DNA of 64,000 nucleotides, from the NCBI GenBank assembly GCA_963706325.1, contig CAVPLT010000001.1, positions 544,001 to 608,000 on the forward strand, in the 5' to 3' direction. Source of the DNA: an uncultured Nitrospiraceae bacterium. GTDB lineage: Bacteria; Nitrospirota; Nitrospiria; Nitrospirales; Nitrospiraceae. This document shows, one piece after another, positions 61,159 through 64,000 of the stretch. The notes below the pieces were generated by a model. The model saw only the letters and a list, made by a program, of their open reading frames with translations. It made no database searches and was not told where the DNA came from. A program made the position numbers and the translations under genes. Position 1 is the first letter of the stretch. Each line of letters opens with the position of its first letter.

Positions 61159-62108
61159 TGTCCACACCGCTCCGTCTCGGTATCAGCCGCTGTCTTCTCG
61201 GCGCAGAAGTTCGGTTCGATGGAGGCCACAAACGGGACGGGTTTCTGACCGACCTGTTGGGCCGCTACGTCGAATGGGTGCCGGTCTGTCCGGAGGTCGA
61301 GGCAGGGCTCGGCACTCCTCGCGAAGCGATGCGACTGGTCGGCGATCCGCAACAGCCTCGACTGGTTGCGATCAAGAGCGGGAAGGACCATACCCAAGCC
61401 TTGGCGACCACGACGGCGACTCGACTTCCTGAGCTCGAAAGACTGGACCTTTCGGGGTTTGTCTTTAAAAAGGACTCGCCGAGTTGTGGGATGGAACGGG
61501 TGCGTACATACAATGAGCATGGCATGCCGGGCAGGAAGGGAATCGGGCTATTTGCGCAGGCCTATGTCGAGCGGTTTCCGCTGATTCCAGTTGAGGAGGA
61601 AGGGAGGCTATGCGATCCCCTCTTGCGAGAAAATTTTATTGAGCGGGTGTTTTGCTACCGCCGTTGGCAGGACCTGGTTCAACGTGGGATTTCCAGGCAG
61701 GCACTCGTACAGTTCCATACCACTCACAAATATCTGCTCCTCGCTCATAGCGCCCAGCATTATCGCCTGCTCGGGCGCTTGGTGGCGCAGGTGAACGCCT
61801 ATCGCCCCAAGGATCTGACTCTTCGATATGGCGAGCTCTTCATGCAGGCGCTGTCCGTGAAGGCGACGGTGCGTAAACATGTGAATGTGCTTCAGCACAT
61901 CCTGGGGTACTTCAAACCGCGACTCGATGCGCAAGGAAAAGCCGAACTATTGAGTGTGATCGGGGATTATCACCAGGGGCTGACGCCTTTGATCGTTCCT
62001 CTGACCTTGATCAAGCACTACGTGCAGATCTTTGACGTCGACTACATTCGCGAGCAGGTCTATCTGAACCCGCATCCGAAGGAGCTCATGCTCCGGAACC
62101 ATGTGTAG
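61155..62108 (+). CDS. DUF523 + DUF1722 (YbgA-like) protein
   Basis: GISRCLLG..VRFDGGH, CPEVE.GLG.PR, SPSCG, EEEGRL, FH..HKY and QVYLNPHP motifs. Confidence 0.92.
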   Translation: MMSTPLRLGISRCLLGAEVRFDGGHKRDGFLTDLLGRYVEWVPVCPEVEAGLGTPREAMRLVGDPQQPRLVAIKSGKDHTQALATTTATRLPELERLDLSGFVFKKDSPSCGMERVRTYNEHGMPGRKGIGLFAQAYVERFPLIPVEEEGRLCDPLLRENFIERVFCYRRWQDLVQRGISRQALVQFHTTHKYLLLAHSAQHYRLLGRLVAQVNAYRPKDLTLRYGELFMQALSVKATVRKHVNVLQHILGYFKPRLDAQGKAELLSVIGDYHQGLTPLIVPLTLIKHYVQIFDVDYIREQVYLNPHPKELMLRNHV

Positions 62109-62290
62109 AAAGGAACGCCATGCCGCACGTTGTCGTTGAAAAGCCCGTGATGGAGGGCTGTGGTGGTGGGGTTCATCAGAAGGTGTACCTGGCTAGCCGT
62201 CATAGAGACAATCTTCAAGAGTGCTTGGACTTAAGAGGTTCGTGAGAAACGGCACCCAAATTTGAATATCCGAATAGGAGGAGCAGAGAC

Positions 62291-62800
62291 ATGGCAGCTG
62301 AGCGACGAGGTGTCATTCTGGTTGGTCACGGGGGCATTCCCAAGGGTTGCCCTCAAGATGTCGTCACGAAATTGAAACGCCTGGAGGCTCAGCGGCGCGC
62401 CGCCAAGCAACCGCCGTCAGCCGAAGAGATCGAGTTGGATACAAAGATTCGCCAATGGCCGAGGACGCCGGAAACCGATCCCTATCAATCAGGGCTTGAA
62501 GCCGTGGCCGCCCAATTGAAAGCGAACCTGGGAGATGTGCTGTTTGCGGTGGCCTACAATGAGTTTTGCGCCCCGACCTTGGAAGAGTCGGTGGAGCAGC
62601 TTGTTCAAAACGGCGCGACCCACATTACTGTGACCACGACCATGTTTACGCCGGGCGGTTCGCATTCAGAAGTCGAGATACCGGAAATTCTTGATCACCT
62701 TCGGCCACAGTATCCAGGTGTGGAACTCCGCTATGCCTGGCCGTTTGATCTGAACCGGGTCGCGAATACGCTGGCTGAGCAGATCAAGCGATTTGCCTGA
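62291..62800 (+). CDS. short CbiX/SirB-family chelatase
   Basis: VILVGHG, AYNEFCAPTL and GGSHSEVEIP motifs. Confidence 0.8.
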   Translation: MAAERRGVILVGHGGIPKGCPQDVVTKLKRLEAQRRAAKQPPSAEEIELDTKIRQWPRTPETDPYQSGLEAVAAQLKANLGDVLFAVAYNEFCAPTLEESVEQLVQNGATHITVTTTMFTPGGSHSEVEIPEILDHLRPQYPGVELRYAWPFDLNRVANTLAEQIKRFA

Positions 62801-62973
62801 TTGACGGGTCGAATCGGCTCCTGGCTCTGCCTCGGCGGGAACAAATACGGGATCGCGGGGCGTTGCGCATGACTGATTCCATCTGCACCGCGATCTGTGT
62901 AAAATCAGTTTCCATGTTGAAAGTCTTTCCGCCGTAGTGGATAAAAGGAAGTCTCCCAGGAGCCAAACGAATC

Positions 62974-63540
62974 ATGCCGCCAGACGACCTGATTGCTGCG
63001 TTTCACAAGACCCAATCGTTCAAGTGGGATCCCCAGGGCGGGTTTAAACTTGCCTCGGGACTGACCAGTCCGTTTTACGTCGATTGCCGAACCTTGATGG
63101 CGTTTCCGCATGCTCGCCGCTTGGTCGCGCAGTTGGCCTATGAAGAGACCACGGATCTTGACGTCGATTGTCTTGGGGGTCTGGAGATCGGAGCTATCTC
63201 CATTGCCACTAGCATCTCTGATTTTGCTTATTCGGCCGCTCCCCGCCGCGAGTGGCGAACATTTTTTGTGCGCAAGCTGGCGAAAGATCATGGTCTGGGG
63301 CGACTCGTCGAGGGAGTCGTCCAGGCTGGAGATCGCGCATTGATTGTGGATGACGTCTTGACCAGCGGCGGTTCGGTCCTGAAAGCCATCGTGGCGGCCC
63401 GCGAGGCCGGACTACAAGTACGAGACGTGCTGGTGATCGTCGATCGCAAGGAGCAGGATGGCCGAGCACGTATCGAGCAGGAGCAGGTGCGCGTGCGAAG
63501 TCTCCTGACCATAGATGATCTCATGGAAGGCAACAGATGA
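62974..63540 (+). CDS. pyrE: orotate phosphoribosyltransferase
   Basis: FKLASG..SPFYVD, VRK..KDHG, IVDDVLTSGGS and VDR motifs. Confidence 0.93.
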   Translation: MPPDDLIAAFHKTQSFKWDPQGGFKLASGLTSPFYVDCRTLMAFPHARRLVAQLAYEETTDLDVDCLGGLEIGAISIATSISDFAYSAAPRREWRTFFVRKLAKDHGLGRLVEGVVQAGDRALIVDDVLTSGGSVLKAIVAAREAGLQVRDVLVIVDRKEQDGRARIEQEQVRVRSLLTIDDLMEGNR

Positions 63541-63624
63541 CTATGGCGCAATGTGTATAGGCCGGCGGGCTCAAGCTCATCGAGAGGCGGTGGATGAGGT
63601 GGGCGATTCCGATCCCGACGGATC

Positions 63625-63936
63625 TTACTTGCACTGGAAGTGAATCCCCCAGCGCCGCTCTTCCACTACGTCGCTCGATCCTGCGATAGGACTGGCCTGG
63701 CGTACACGACCTTTTGTTTCCCCTTCACGGACAGTCGTATGCCCCCCCGGGCATTTCTCTTCCATGAGGTGTATCGCTGCTTTTCTGGACGAGGAGAGCA
63801 GGTTGCCCTGCTCGGCTCGATAGGGGTAGACCACCACGCCCCCGTTATCGAAGTCTTTCACTAGGATCGCTCCCTCTCCGCAGCCCCATGCGACCAGCAA
63901 CATGGCCAGGAAACTGCCTCTTGACCACCTTTTCAT
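63625..63936 (-). CDS. hypothetical lipoprotein
   Basis: AGGAG SD; VAWGC lipobox-like motif. Confidence 0.7.
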   Translation of the reverse strand: MKRWSRGSFLAMLLVAWGCGEGAILVKDFDNGGVVVYPYRAEQGNLLSSSRKAAIHLMEEKCPGGHTTVREGETKGRVRQASPIAGSSDVVEERRWGIHFQCK

Positions 63937-64000
63937 AGGACTCCTATCATAGAGTGTCCGCCGTAAATCTTCCTGTTTTGAGTCAAGGAGGTGACTATGA

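Noticed and set aside
1..64000. CRISPR array, rRNA, transposase, integrase, reverse transcriptase or cobalamin riboswitch
   Set aside because: None seen by eye. The FGE/CLec-like genes show no template-repeat copy and no RT nearby, so a diversity-generating retroelement is not supported.

Overview
This is a 64 kb bacterial chromosomal window. It is most likely from a Nitrospira-like organism, an inference from gene content and intergenic elements rather than from a marker gene. It has three parts. (1) The core-like region at 1-26.8 kb holds a BT1-type transporter, DedA-rhodanese, tmRNA (tag ANQELALAA), a GH15 hydrolase divergent from a membrane-sensor-fused otsA and otsB, ppk2, GDPD, CBS, PCD, an orphan B12/radical-SAM RiPP-type maturase, suhB, a HARE-HTH gene followed by an unannotated 18-aa Lys-rich ORF, lpxC with a sigma54 site, a Rossmann-HK/NarL pair, nrdR, glyA, rplI, a half-helicase and tRNA-Leu(CAG). 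(2) An accessory region at about 26.8-51.1 kb starts right after the tRNA and has no visible integrase. It carries signalling genes, rtcB, rnhA, a 2OG-Fe(II) oxygenase, a thermonuclease remnant and many tiny Cys4 proteins. (3) At 51.2-62.1 kb is the best candidate for an undescribed system. A CarH/LitR-type B12 photoreceptor (W-x9-EH motif) sits divergent, across a 124-bp spacer with phased TnnACA repeats, from a co-oriented gene run of about 10 kb. The run ends in photolyase and DUF523/DUF1722. It has no carotenoid genes and instead encodes three secreted FGE-sulfatase-fold proteins lacking the FGE cysteines, a His-rich secreted protein, two Zn-ribbon paralogs, PDZ and membrane proteins. Several genes at 56.9-58.8 kb carry single-base frameshifts that may be sequencing errors. 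All calls are from motif recognition by eye; no searches were run.
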